Assembly: GCA_947165115.1 (NCBI GenBank)
Contig: CAMUZD010000001.1
Location: forward strand, 1-34,789
DNA length: 34,789 nt
Direction: 5' to 3'
Origin: an uncultured Clostridia bacterium
Lineage (GTDB): Bacteria; Bacillota; Clostridia; Oscillospirales; Acutalibacteraceae
How positions within the stretch are numbered: position 1 is the first letter of the stretch; every line of letters starts with the position of its first letter. A program made the translations under genes and the position numbers. The notes beneath the pieces were generated by a model. The model searched no databases. It had not been told where the DNA came from and saw nothing but the letters and a program-made list of their open reading frames with translations. Positions 9,201 through 16,563 of this stretch are shown in pieces.

Positions 9201-11496
9201 AATCCAAGTCAGTTATGTTTTCTACCAATGTGTTTTCAACAGACGCTGCTTCTATTACAATCCCAATCTCATTATCAGCATCAAGAACATTATTAGTGGT
9301 ATATAACCACCCGCCAAACACATATGTTTTATCAGCTTCAAATATCATTTGTCCCAAACTATCCCCTATAGCTTGAGAAACAAATAATGTCGTTTCGTTA
9401 TTATTGCCGTTAGTTAGCATTAGAGAATTACCCGATTTTGAATGCGCTGAACTAGTATAAATTAAATCGTCATTATTAACACTTCTAGACCAATAATCCA
9501 TTCCTAAGGTTTCGTCAAATTGATTGTTTCGGATTAACTCGTTCTCGCCTGATGAAGCAATAAACGTGTTTCCATCACCATAATTAACGCACTTATACTC
9601 ACCATCACTGCCTCTGTATATGTTTAATCTGTATTGATCATCATAACCAATTAGTTCTATTGTACCATCGGCATGTGTGAATGTGCGCATATAGCTGTTA
9701 TCTTTATTAATCAAAAGAGAATCATACGGGTTTTGTTCATTTTCTCGATAAAGAGTGTAACCAGTTATATGATTTGTAGCTGGACTGGCATATCCGGCAT
9801 TAGTTGCATAATCTATTTCACAGATGTTTCCCTGTTCATCTTCAACGCTTACCAATCTTCCATCAAAATCATAAACAAAATTACACACATATTCATTATT
9901 AATTTGAACTGATTGAATTAACTTGGTATAATCATTTGAAAGATCTGAATTAAAAACGACTTCCAAATTTTGACCAATTGGTTCATTTGTGGAATCCATA
10001 GCGGTTATGTTTGTAATGCAATATCCACCAGTGTTATTATCAACAGCATACTCAAAGTATAAATAACTCCCATCTGATACTGATGTTACTTTTTCCAATA
10101 AATCAGGACTCACATATGTAAAAGTAAAAACATCGTTATTATTTCCAGATTCCTTGATGGCAGATAGATTGCCATTATTATTAAAAGTATATTTTAAACC
10201 ATCTGCAACAATATATAGATTTGAATATGAGACTTCGTTTGTAGATGTAAATCCACTAATTTCAGTAGTCTTCACCCATAACCTAGGCACGAAATTGCCT
10301 ATATTGTTTATGCTGTTCCAAAGTTGATAATCTCCTTGCGTTAGCAATGGGGAAGAAGGTATAAACTTAATTGTATCACCATTAGGCATTAACCATTTAG
10401 CATAATTATTATATAGTGATAATGAGCTTTCATAATTAAACTTCATGCCTACTCCGGCAGCATTTTCAAGAGGGGAATTATCAGCAGAATCGTAACTTCT
10501 ACTTACATTAAATTCATAATTTGCATATTTAAGCCCTATAAGCTTTTGATCAATCCTAAAAGTGGTTGTAGCATCATTAACATATAAAATACCGGCTTTA
10601 CTCATATCGCAAGAATGATATGTATAATCCAAATCGTTAGAATCCACTTCAAGATATCTTATAATCAAACAAGGATTCAAAACAGTAAAACTACCGCTAG
10701 TTGATTCATTTTTTATTGCCACGCCATTATTCTCTGTTTCTCCTCTGTCCCACCTGCTATACAGATCGGTAATATCCCAAGAATATGTTTGACCAACTTG
10801 CGTTATCGGCATAGTTTGAACTGTCAAAACATTATTTCCATCAAATGATGGAATTGCCCCACTATTTGACCAACCAGATGTAACCTCATAAACATTTGAT
10901 TGTGATATGGACGAAACAGTACAAGTAGCAGATATTCCAGCATAAACTACTAATTTATTGTTTGACAAGTAGTAGTGTAAATTTTCAGGCTTTACCGCAA
11001 AGCTCTTTCCGCCAGCTACTATACGGCGTCCGCCAAATGCAGCTTGCGTATCTCCCCAATTTATAACAAGACTTTCTGCTGTTTCAGATCGATGATTCTC
11101 CTGCCGCGATTCAAGGCTCATATCATCCATTGATTGAATGCTGCTCAACACTTTTTCAACAGAATCAGCTTCACGTTTATAATTAGAGATATCAACCCAC
11201 TTCCCATTAACGCTTTTATGCAGTGGAAAGTAAGAAAAGATTGAACATATAGAACCATCTTCAAGTAAAAACTCTTTTGCATACTCTTTTCGATTGGAAG
11301 AGATTTCACAAACAATATTAGGCATTCTATCTTCAGTTGAAAAAACGGGTTCAGTATCAATTCTATCATCTATCCGCTCATCATCAATTAGATTGACAGA
11401 AAAAGCAGCAATTTGAACAACTTGAAGCAACAATAAGATTGAAACTAAAAGCGAAGTTAGTTTTAAACTGATTTTTTGGTATCGTTGATTTTTCAT
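6271..11496 (-). CDS. Secreted WapA-like Rhs/YD-repeat protein (Rhs1) with DNRLRE-like N-domain and degenerate Rhs core end
   Basis: Signal peptide; YSWDITDLYSRWDRGETENNGVAIK (DNRLRE-like); YD repeats (YDNRGNI, YDKMGNP, YDANGYRTSK); Rhs core YDAWG...YHGYLYDYESGLYYNQGRCY; CNNNTVNIPDTVA instead of NNPxxxxDPxG; AGGAGG SD. Confidence 0.9.
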   Translation of the reverse strand: MKNQRYQKISLKLTSLLVSILLLLQVVQIAAFSVNLIDDERIDDRIDTEPVFSTEDRMPNIVCEISSNRKEYAKEFLLEDGSICSIFSYFPLHKSVNGKWVDISNYKREADSVEKVLSSIQSMDDMSLESRQENHRSETAESLVINWGDTQAAFGGRRIVAGGKSFAVKPENLHYYLSNNKLVVYAGISATCTVSSISQSNVYEVTSGWSNSGAIPSFDGNNVLTVQTMPITQVGQTYSWDITDLYSRWDRGETENNGVAIKNESTSGSFTVLNPCLIIRYLEVDSNDLDYTYHSCDMSKAGILYVNDATTTFRIDQKLIGLKYANYEFNVSRSYDSADNSPLENAAGVGMKFNYESSLSLYNNYAKWLMPNGDTIKFIPSSPLLTQGDYQLWNSINNIGNFVPRLWVKTTEISGFTSTNEVSYSNLYIVADGLKYTFNNNGNLSAIKESGNNNDVFTFTYVSPDLLEKVTSVSDGSYLYFEYAVDNNTGGYCITNITAMDSTNEPIGQNLEVVFNSDLSNDYTKLIQSVQINNEYVCNFVYDFDGRLVSVEDEQGNICEIDYATNAGYASPATNHITGYTLYRENEQNPYDSLLINKDNSYMRTFTHADGTIELIGYDDQYRLNIYRGSDGEYKCVNYGDGNTFIASSGENELIRNNQFDETLGMDYWSRSVNNDDLIYTSSAHSKSGNSLMLTNGNNNETTLFVSQAIGDSLGQMIFEADKTYVFGGWLYTTNNVLDADNEIGIVIEAASVENTLVENITDLDYTEISFIRFDNTIHNSWQYRLQGFKLDEESVVRLKLLYNNQRGAVYFDDLTMFESVKSDSDLDGMLISNPMEYVYSNGLVTEETVTWDRENDNDLYMSASYSYNNRKLQEYIDYNGNSTYYKYNSRTGELSGIGHTLSNNVISDVKSLQYDASSLLKRSEQIIQNVETNANVTLDVEYYNTSGRVEEVQHNGVIHVFEYNPDGTLAETYSDSDALLNGNNDEYCMDYTYSNGDLSVIDYSNGYRIKYLNGTNQSNTTKTISCYSVDGQNETLIKSYVYTYDEDNVLNSVYDTQSGLTISYISSDLDSYELSDYDVLYEKTSNSDGTVDEEYGQRAYSDSENTSFDTVATSVTNVTNNPDGTRSIQSTTNIVKNTRYFANSTNYYHGYYEYEKESVRDYFNRIESKTVASNYQRDNNPGNLVSEVNYEYVDLGNGRTSGLVSEYTQTFYKENQNSTITNCQSLNRKFEYDNRGNIAFVYEENGNNIAPNQYYEYDNANQIITEIDFYNHFLIHYTYNTGGNLTAKVYYDFPNNLFNMTTRQIISIGSEIRRVTYQYDLVWKDRVVSYSDTGFTDDNVDDSVYETISYDKMGNPLNYVGDKTLDLVNYNAISIKSAQRIIKGDLEWNGNRLVSFETDSNRYEYSYDANGYRTSKSIYTKTASGNDTYTYNKTSIIDYVWNNGVLSGILYSSVDSIGQRYNTQSAMIIYDQEGAPAGYISYDGVPYLFKKDINESVLSLVYTDGTDTCSIQYDAWGSPMVTLSGNWIQQIVTLLTLMHSPSLYHGYLYDYESGLYYNQGRCYSSSWGRYVSPESPEKLTERSDNPLDVNLYLFCNNNTVNIPDTVALWSRDYSGVEWQANGFDIKMDEMFASRSMCMLVANQIIKKYGTWSPELGYNINEMNALRVSSDLFAHYVGKTATAAVNKVNACWGDGWILNNQKSNIVKVRKSDPNADKYLKIWKAAPEIRIYALKEGIFISL

Positions 11497-11800
11497 AAAA
11501 GTCCTCCTGATTTATTTTTAAATTTAGATTATATAATATATTATTTGCCGATTCTAAATCTAAGTAATTATCATATACGCTTATTGAAATAACACTATCA
11601 TCTTTTTTGAAAAATAGATAAATGCAGTAAAAGATTCTCCCAACTAATCAGAGCTTTTTGCTTACACGCTGAAGCTTTAGATTCTTAGTAATTTCAATGT
11701 ACTATTTATAAAAATCAATTAATATCCCTTCAATTATCCGTTATATTAAAACCAAATTATCAAATTAGTTTTAACTTTATTATCCATATTAGTGTTCGTA

Positions 11801-12400
11801 TCATATAGTATGCCTCTTTTTTTTATTTGACACTTGCTTGATTTTACCGGCACTCAATAGAATCGCTTCCAATGAATCTGCCACACAGATTGAGTAACAA
11901 ATTCTTTGAACACCTGTTATTATCAAAGCTAAAGATATAACAAGATATATCAATAATAATAGAAGAGATATAATGCTGTATTTTTCTTTCTCGTTTTTAG
12001 ACAAAGGTTTTTCTTCAGTATCGAGAGGAGAAAAAATAATAATAATCAGAGAAGAGGCTATTAGCAAGCTGACATATACACAAGTCAGTTCAAAGCTAAT
12101 GAGCAGTTTTAAGCCTAAAGCACACATAATTATGGAAATGGAAGTGTAAAAAAAACACATCCATTCCTTATCAGCGTGAACGCCGCCGGCATAAGCTCGA
12201 ATAATGCTGAATAAGACATAGAAAACTAAGCTTTCAAGAACAATGTTCAAAATCACTCCAAATATCAGTGATATGATGAGGAACAACAGTTTTGAAATCA
12301 ATATATAGAATCCATATGCATAAAGTTCAACATCTTCATTCTGTATAACAGAAGAACGAGCCAAACCGACGGCTAAACGCTCTGACAATTTACTTAACAA
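11801..12400 (-). CDS. agrB: AgrB-family peptide-processing membrane protease (intact copy)
   Basis: ELYAYG, RAYAGGVHA (catalytic His), WMC (catalytic Cys), SPLDTEEKPL; multiple TM helices. Likely start is TTG 12400, overlapping the end of agrD, rather than the track's ATG 12481. Confidence 0.9.
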   Translation of the reverse strand: MLSKLSERLAVGLARSSVIQNEDVELYAYGFYILISKLLFLIISLIFGVILNIVLESLVFYVLFSIIRAYAGGVHADKEWMCFFYTSISIIMCALGLKLLISFELTCVYVSLLIASSLIIIIFSPLDTEEKPLSKNEKEKYSIISLLLLLIYLVISLALIITGVQRICYSICVADSLEAILLSAGKIKQVSNKKKRHTI

Positions 12401-12545
12401 ATTTGTTTGCCTTTTTAAATTTGCTGAGAGATGCCGGTGCTTTAGGCTGATAAATAGCGGTACAGGTAGTGCTGTTCGCATCTCTTCTTAATGTTTTTTC
12501 CGCAACGATTTTAACGACCTTTGCAGTTGTTTTCTTAAAAGTCAT
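12390..12545 (-). CDS. agrD: AgrD-like cyclic autoinducer propeptide, copy 1 (51 aa)
   Basis: Manual translation MTFKKTTAKVVKIVAEKTLRRDANSTTCTAIYQPKAPASLSKFKKANKFVK; AAAGGAGGGA SD; clostridial-type C-xxx-Y-QPK-x-P pattern; overlaps the agrB start. Confidence 0.9.
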   Translation of the reverse strand: MTFKKTTAKVVKIVAEKTLRRDANSTTCTAIYQPKAPASLSKFKKANKFVK

Positions 12546-12567
12546 TATTATCCCTCCTTTCAATGAC

Positions 12568-12640
12568 AGAATAGCAAAATCAATTACACAAAAGCAATAA
12601 AACTGTCAAACTGCAATAAAATCGTGCATAAATGTAGAAT
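12568..12640 (-). promoter_or_regulatory. Putative agrD promoter with upstream imperfect direct repeats (candidate LytTR/AgrA site); identical copy at 27936-28008
   Basis: Minus strand TTGCTT-18nt-TATTCT with TG extension; upstream TACATTT and TGCAGTT are 21 bp apart; GCAATAAAA occurs twice on + (12594, 12613). Confidence 0.45.
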
Positions 12641-12761
12641 TTCACATCATTTCAAAACAGTTAAAAAATTTTTCTGATTATTCATAATATAACAAAACTG
12701 TTCTGTTATGCATTCTGTTAAAACTCCAAAGGATAATCTAAAATTATCCGAGGTGATAACA

Positions 12762-13079
12762 ATGAGTAATACCCAAAATCTAATTGGGCTCCGAATTATG
12801 CAAAGAAGAAAAGAATTGCGGCTAAGCCAAGAAAAGCTTGCGGAAAAACTAGGTATATCCAAGAACCATTTATCAAACATTGAACGGGGCAAATATATGC
12901 CAACAACAGAATGTATATTCAAGATCTGCAGCGCGATGGGAAACACTCCGGATTTTTATCTGGTCGGCACGCCCACTTCGGAAACCGATGAAATTGTTTG
13001 CTTGATCAAAGCTATGCCGTTAAACGAACAAATGAAACTTGTTGAATTGCTTCGCTTCTATATTGATAATCTCATTTAG
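12762..13079 (+). CDS. XRE/Cro-C1 family HTH transcriptional regulator, copy 1
   Basis: IGLRIMQRRKELRLSQEKLAEKLGISKNHLSNIERGKYMP is a classic HTH_3; GAGGTG SD favours ATG 12762 over 12708. Confidence 0.92.
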   Translation: MSNTQNLIGLRIMQRRKELRLSQEKLAEKLGISKNHLSNIERGKYMPTTECIFKICSAMGNTPDFYLVGTPTSETDEIVCLIKAMPLNEQMKLVELLRFYIDNLI

Positions 13080-13097
13080 CATTGACTTTATCTACTC

Positions 13098-13165
13098 TTG
13101 ACAATCAGAACACCGCATGATATAATATCGACAAATCAAGAAATCAAATCCTGATTTGTCGATAT
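13098..13165 (+). promoter_or_regulatory. Consensus sigma-A promoter with overlapping 14-bp inverted repeat, upstream of the AAA ATPase
   Basis: TTGACA (13098-13103), 17 nt, TATAAT (13121-13126) with TG extension; ATATCGACAAATCA (13125-13138) pairs with TGATTTGTCGATAT (13152-13165). Confidence 0.8.
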
Positions 13166-13188
13166 AATTGCTTTGAGTAGGTGAATTA

Positions 13189-14448
13189 ATGGACTATATT
13201 AAGCGTAATATCGAAGAGCTGGTTAAAAACTCGGAAAAAACATTTAAATGTGTATTGGTAACCGGAGCGCGTCAGACCGGCAAATCCACTATGCTTAAAA
13301 CTTTATTCCCTGATAAGAAATATGTACCAATTGACGATCCTTTCATTGAGGAGCAAGCAAACGAAAACCCCAATATGTTTATAATGCTGAATCCTCCTCC
13401 CGCATTTTATGATGAGGTTCAGAGGGCACCCGGCCTTTTTCGCTTTATTAAGATTAAATGCGATGAAAGCAACCAATATGGATTGTTTTGCCTATCAGGG
13501 TCACAGCCTTTGGAACTGATGGAAAATGCATCCGAATCTCTTTCGGGTCGAGTTAGTATAGTCGAATTAGCTGGTTTGTCGTTGCGCGAGATTCAGAGAT
13601 CTGCATTTAATGAGCCATTTGTTCCTACAATGGATTATGTTAAAAAACGCAGTCAATCAGCCAAAGCTCCCGATAATATATGGGAGATAATTCATAAGGG
13701 AGGGTATCCTGAGCTTCAAAACCCTGATTTGAATTGGTCATCATTCTTTTCCAGTTATGTCAAAACATATCTTGAGCGAGATGTTCGTAAACTGTCAGCC
13801 GTTCAAGACTTAGATGATTTCAGACGATTTATGATTGCAGTAGCTGCACGAACAGGACAAATGCTTAATTATGCCAATATAGCTGATGAAATAGGAAAAG
13901 ATGCCGGAACAGTCAAAAAATGGATGTCTATTTTAGAAGCTTCCGGTATTGTATATTTGCTGGAGCCTTATACTCCATCTGTACTTAAAAAAGCAATCAA
14001 AACTCCTAAGGTTTATTTTAGAGACACAGGTCTTGCAGCTTATCTCACCCGTTGGCTCACTCCTGAAGCGTTGGCTTATGGTGCTATGAGCGGTGCTATG
14101 TTTGAAACATATGTAATAACAGAAATACTTAAATCTTATTCAAACCAAGGCATTGACTACAGATATTGTGTCTCATATTATAGGGGCAGAGATAAAAAGG
14201 TAACTCGCAAAGACGGTCTTGAAGTGGAAACCGAGAGCGAGATTGATCTTATTATTGAAGAAAATGGTGTTCTTTATCCTATCGAGATTAAACAAAGTTT
14301 TTCAGTAACAGCCGATCAAGCCGGTACCTTCAAAGTTTTGGATAAAGTTGAAGAAAAGAAACGCGGAATGGGGGCAATAATATGCACTTGTCCTCAGCCT
14401 AATCTGTTGCGTGATAATCTGTTGCAACTACCGGTTTGGTTTATATAA
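13189..14448 (+). CDS. AAA_14 family ATPase with DUF4143 C-terminal domain
   Basis: Walker A GARQTGKST, Walker B FYDEVQR, SGS, ESLSGR, GGYP, TYLERDV, KTPKVYFRDTGL, GAMFETYV, EIDLII...PIEIK. Confidence 0.93.
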   Translation: MDYIKRNIEELVKNSEKTFKCVLVTGARQTGKSTMLKTLFPDKKYVPIDDPFIEEQANENPNMFIMLNPPPAFYDEVQRAPGLFRFIKIKCDESNQYGLFCLSGSQPLELMENASESLSGRVSIVELAGLSLREIQRSAFNEPFVPTMDYVKKRSQSAKAPDNIWEIIHKGGYPELQNPDLNWSSFFSSYVKTYLERDVRKLSAVQDLDDFRRFMIAVAARTGQMLNYANIADEIGKDAGTVKKWMSILEASGIVYLLEPYTPSVLKKAIKTPKVYFRDTGLAAYLTRWLTPEALAYGAMSGAMFETYVITEILKSYSNQGIDYRYCVSYYRGRDKKVTRKDGLEVETESEIDLIIEENGVLYPIEIKQSFSVTADQAGTFKVLDKVEEKKRGMGAIICTCPQPNLLRDNLLQLPVWFI

Positions 14449-14470
14449 TTTAAATATATTAAAATGAAAC

Positions 14471-14499
14471 CTCCCCAACTTAACAAATCAGTTGGGGAG
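14471..14499. terminator. Probable (bidirectional) terminator between convergent genes; member of a repeated palindrome family
   Basis: CTCCCCAACT-9nt-AGTTGGGGAG; near-identical arms at 30536-30561. Confidence 0.65.
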
Positions 14500-14594
14500 T
14501 TACTTATACGATGAATTAATTAAGAAATCAGTCAGCAAGTAATCCAGTAATTAATTGCGGCTTCCATATTTTAAAATCTACGCTTGTTTATCAT

Positions 14595-15032
14595 TTAATC
14601 ATTGTAAATCATTACTATAGCTGTAACAATTCCTATAATTATTGCTATTCCTTCAATAATCAAAAACGGTTTTTTCAACACTGTTACATCTCTTTTTTCT
14701 ACCCTTCGAATGATAAAGAGGAATAGAAAAACAACCGGAATAATAAGAAATGAACAACCAATCACAGTGTAAGGCAGTCCGATTAAAAGATAAGTAATGA
14801 TGTCAAACAAACCTTCCTCATATTTAAGCATAGTATATAGGAAGGGGACTATTGATAAAGCGATAGATAAAGCAAACAATATTAAGGTTATTAGTTTCGA
14901 CTGCTTATTCTTGTATCTAAAAACGCAGTATTTGTATGAACTGAATAATACTATTGCGGGAATAAGGCAAAAAAAGCTAAATAGTGAAAGGGAATTCATA
15001 ACTATTTCTATATAACTAATGATAGAGTCCAT
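14595..15032 (-). CDS. Putative membrane immunity protein of the orphan Rhs tip (about 4 TM helices)
   Basis: 145 aa, hydrophobic; overlaps the 3' end of the orphan Rhs; its SD GGAGG lies inside the toxin's W-R codons. Confidence 0.7.
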   Translation of the reverse strand: MDSIISYIEIVMNSLSLFSFFCLIPAIVLFSSYKYCVFRYKNKQSKLITLILFALSIALSIVPFLYTMLKYEEGLFDIITYLLIGLPYTVIGCSFLIIPVVFLFLFIIRRVEKRDVTVLKKPFLIIEGIAIIIGIVTAIVMIYND

Positions 15033-16141
15033 TAAGATTCATCCTCCAAATAGTTTCATATACTAATGATCTGATTTCTCTTTCTTTTCCTTCCTCTTGT
15101 CCGATTGAAATAGGGTCCGAGTGAGCATAAAGGAATCCGATTACTTCATTTGGCACCATATAATTTTCAGGATTATACATAACAGCATATTTTAGTAACT
15201 TAGCCTCATCGACCGTAGCATAATATAAAAAGGTATGAGCATATATTTCTTTAGCAACTCTTTCTTTACTGCCGGCACCATCGACCCAAGTGTAATACTT
15301 AGCAACAATAGAACAAATTTTCTTATCTCTAAATGAACGACAAACATCAAAATCGCATCCAGATTCTTTTTTTCCTTGAAATATAACCAAAGAGACATAA
15401 AAGTAGTCACCAAGATTATAGCAGTTTGATAATAAATATAGTCGTTCATTAAAAGGAACGCCAGAAAACAACAGTAAAGCTGTACCTCCTAATTTATAAA
15501 ATACTTTTAACGCTTCATTCTCTGTCGAAACTTCATAAACATTCCCCCTCGGATCCACAAACATCACAGGATTATTCAGACAATACGCAAACATATTGGT
15601 GCTGTTGATGTGGTCGCCGGCTACAAGGTAAGCGTCGGCCGAGATAAATCTGCCCGTCTGCGGATCGTAGTAACGGCTCTGGAGATAATACAGCTCGGAT
15701 TCTTCATCATAGACATATCCGCGATATCTCAGAGGATTAAAGTATGCAAGATCTCCGTAACCGGTTGTTATGGTGGAAGTTCCGGGTTTTCCCCACGCGT
15801 CATATCTGTACTTTACGACCACATTACCGCTTGCATCAGCAAGTCCGAGAACATCACCCTGTATGTTAAGGATGTAGTAATATACTGTGTTGTCATATTT
15901 CAGAGCAAAAGGTCTGCCGTCCGCTCCGTAAGAAATATCAAGCGTATGTCCCGATACTTCGGTTCTGACAAGCTGAGAACCGGAATAGTAGTAACTGTAA
16001 TCATCGTATCCTGTATTTCTTTCCGTCCTCAATCCGTTTTCATCATAGGCAAATGTCATACTGTAGTTAGAATCTGTCAGTGACATAAGCCGGTTGCGGT
16101 CCCAGGTCATTGCATGTCCGCGGTAAGATGTCGGATTGCCG
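15016..16141 (-). pseudogene. Orphan Rhs core plus C-terminal tip module (ORF 15016-16110; no signal peptide or N-terminal body)
   Basis: Starts mid-YD repeat with homology to Rhs2 from about 16141; YYYILNIQGDV, YDAWG, LRYRGY, LYYLQSR, NNPVMFVDPRG, then a variant tip; no SD visible before ATG 16110. Confidence 0.85.
16099..16141 (+). repeat. 43-bp exact repeat shared by the orphan module and Rhs2 (17661-17703)
   Basis: GTCCCAGGTCATTGCATGTCCGCGGTAAGATGTCGGATTGCCG in both; a second 37-bp exact match lies at 15549-15585 / 17114-17150. Confidence 0.9.
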
Positions 16142-16146
16142 GCATT

Positions 16147-16563
16147 TTATCTCAAGAATACTTTTGTCACAATCATTATGATTGTTGATGCGCCGACAAA
16201 AGCTGCATACAGAATCCAAAATATAGGCGCAATCTTTTTTTTATCTGTTTTTGCAGTTATTATTAAAGGAATTGGAATAAGTACAGAGAATAAGCCGGCA
16301 TATCTTGTAAATGAGATTATTGGAGTAGTTATCAAGGATATAAATGCCCAGGTTATGTCATCAAATGCAAACAGAATTGTAGGCAGAATCATAGCAAAAC
16401 CAATAATAATTAATAACACTTTCACAACAAAAGGCTTCTTCTTAAATGTTCCGAAAGCATAATAATAGAACAACAAAGATATAGAATAGAAAGGAAACAA
16501 AAAGTAAAGTATGCACCAAAATATATCTTTTATATAATCAGGCGCATTTTCAAAAAAAATCAT
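16147..16563 (-). CDS. Putative membrane immunity protein of Rhs2 (about 4 TM helices)
   Basis: Hydrophobic ORF; ATGA overlap with the Rhs2 stop and GGAGG 5 nt upstream favour ATG 16563 over 16575. Confidence 0.72.
   Translation of the reverse strand: MIFFENAPDYIKDIFWCILYFLFPFYSISLLFYYYAFGTFKKKPFVVKVLLIIIGFAMILPTILFAFDDITWAFISLITTPIISFTRYAGLFSVLIPIPLIITAKTDKKKIAPIFWILYAAFVGASTIIMIVTKVFLR

Larger units (their letters stand above)
12363..13091 (+). repeat. Direct repeat copy A of the agrB 5' end, agrD, divergent promoter and xre block (copy B at 27731-28459)
   Basis: Aligns by eye at offset 15368; 12469-12954 looks identical to 27837-28322; differences cluster in the 3' half of agrD and the 3' end of xre. 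Confidence 0.95.

Noticed and set aside
12401-12481. N-terminal extension of AgrB in the ORF track (MRTALPVPLF...; likewise 26274-26354)
   Set aside because: It is an alternative frame of agrD with no SD; agrB more plausibly starts at the TTG overlapping the end of agrD.
12647-12946. Duplicated 99-aa minus-strand ORF (also 28015-28314)
   Set aside because: Antisense shadow of the xre gene; identical only because the DNA is duplicated.
16552-16559. A8 tract at the start of the immunity gene as a phase-variation switch
   Set aside because: Runs of this length are common in this AT-rich window, and the frame is intact.
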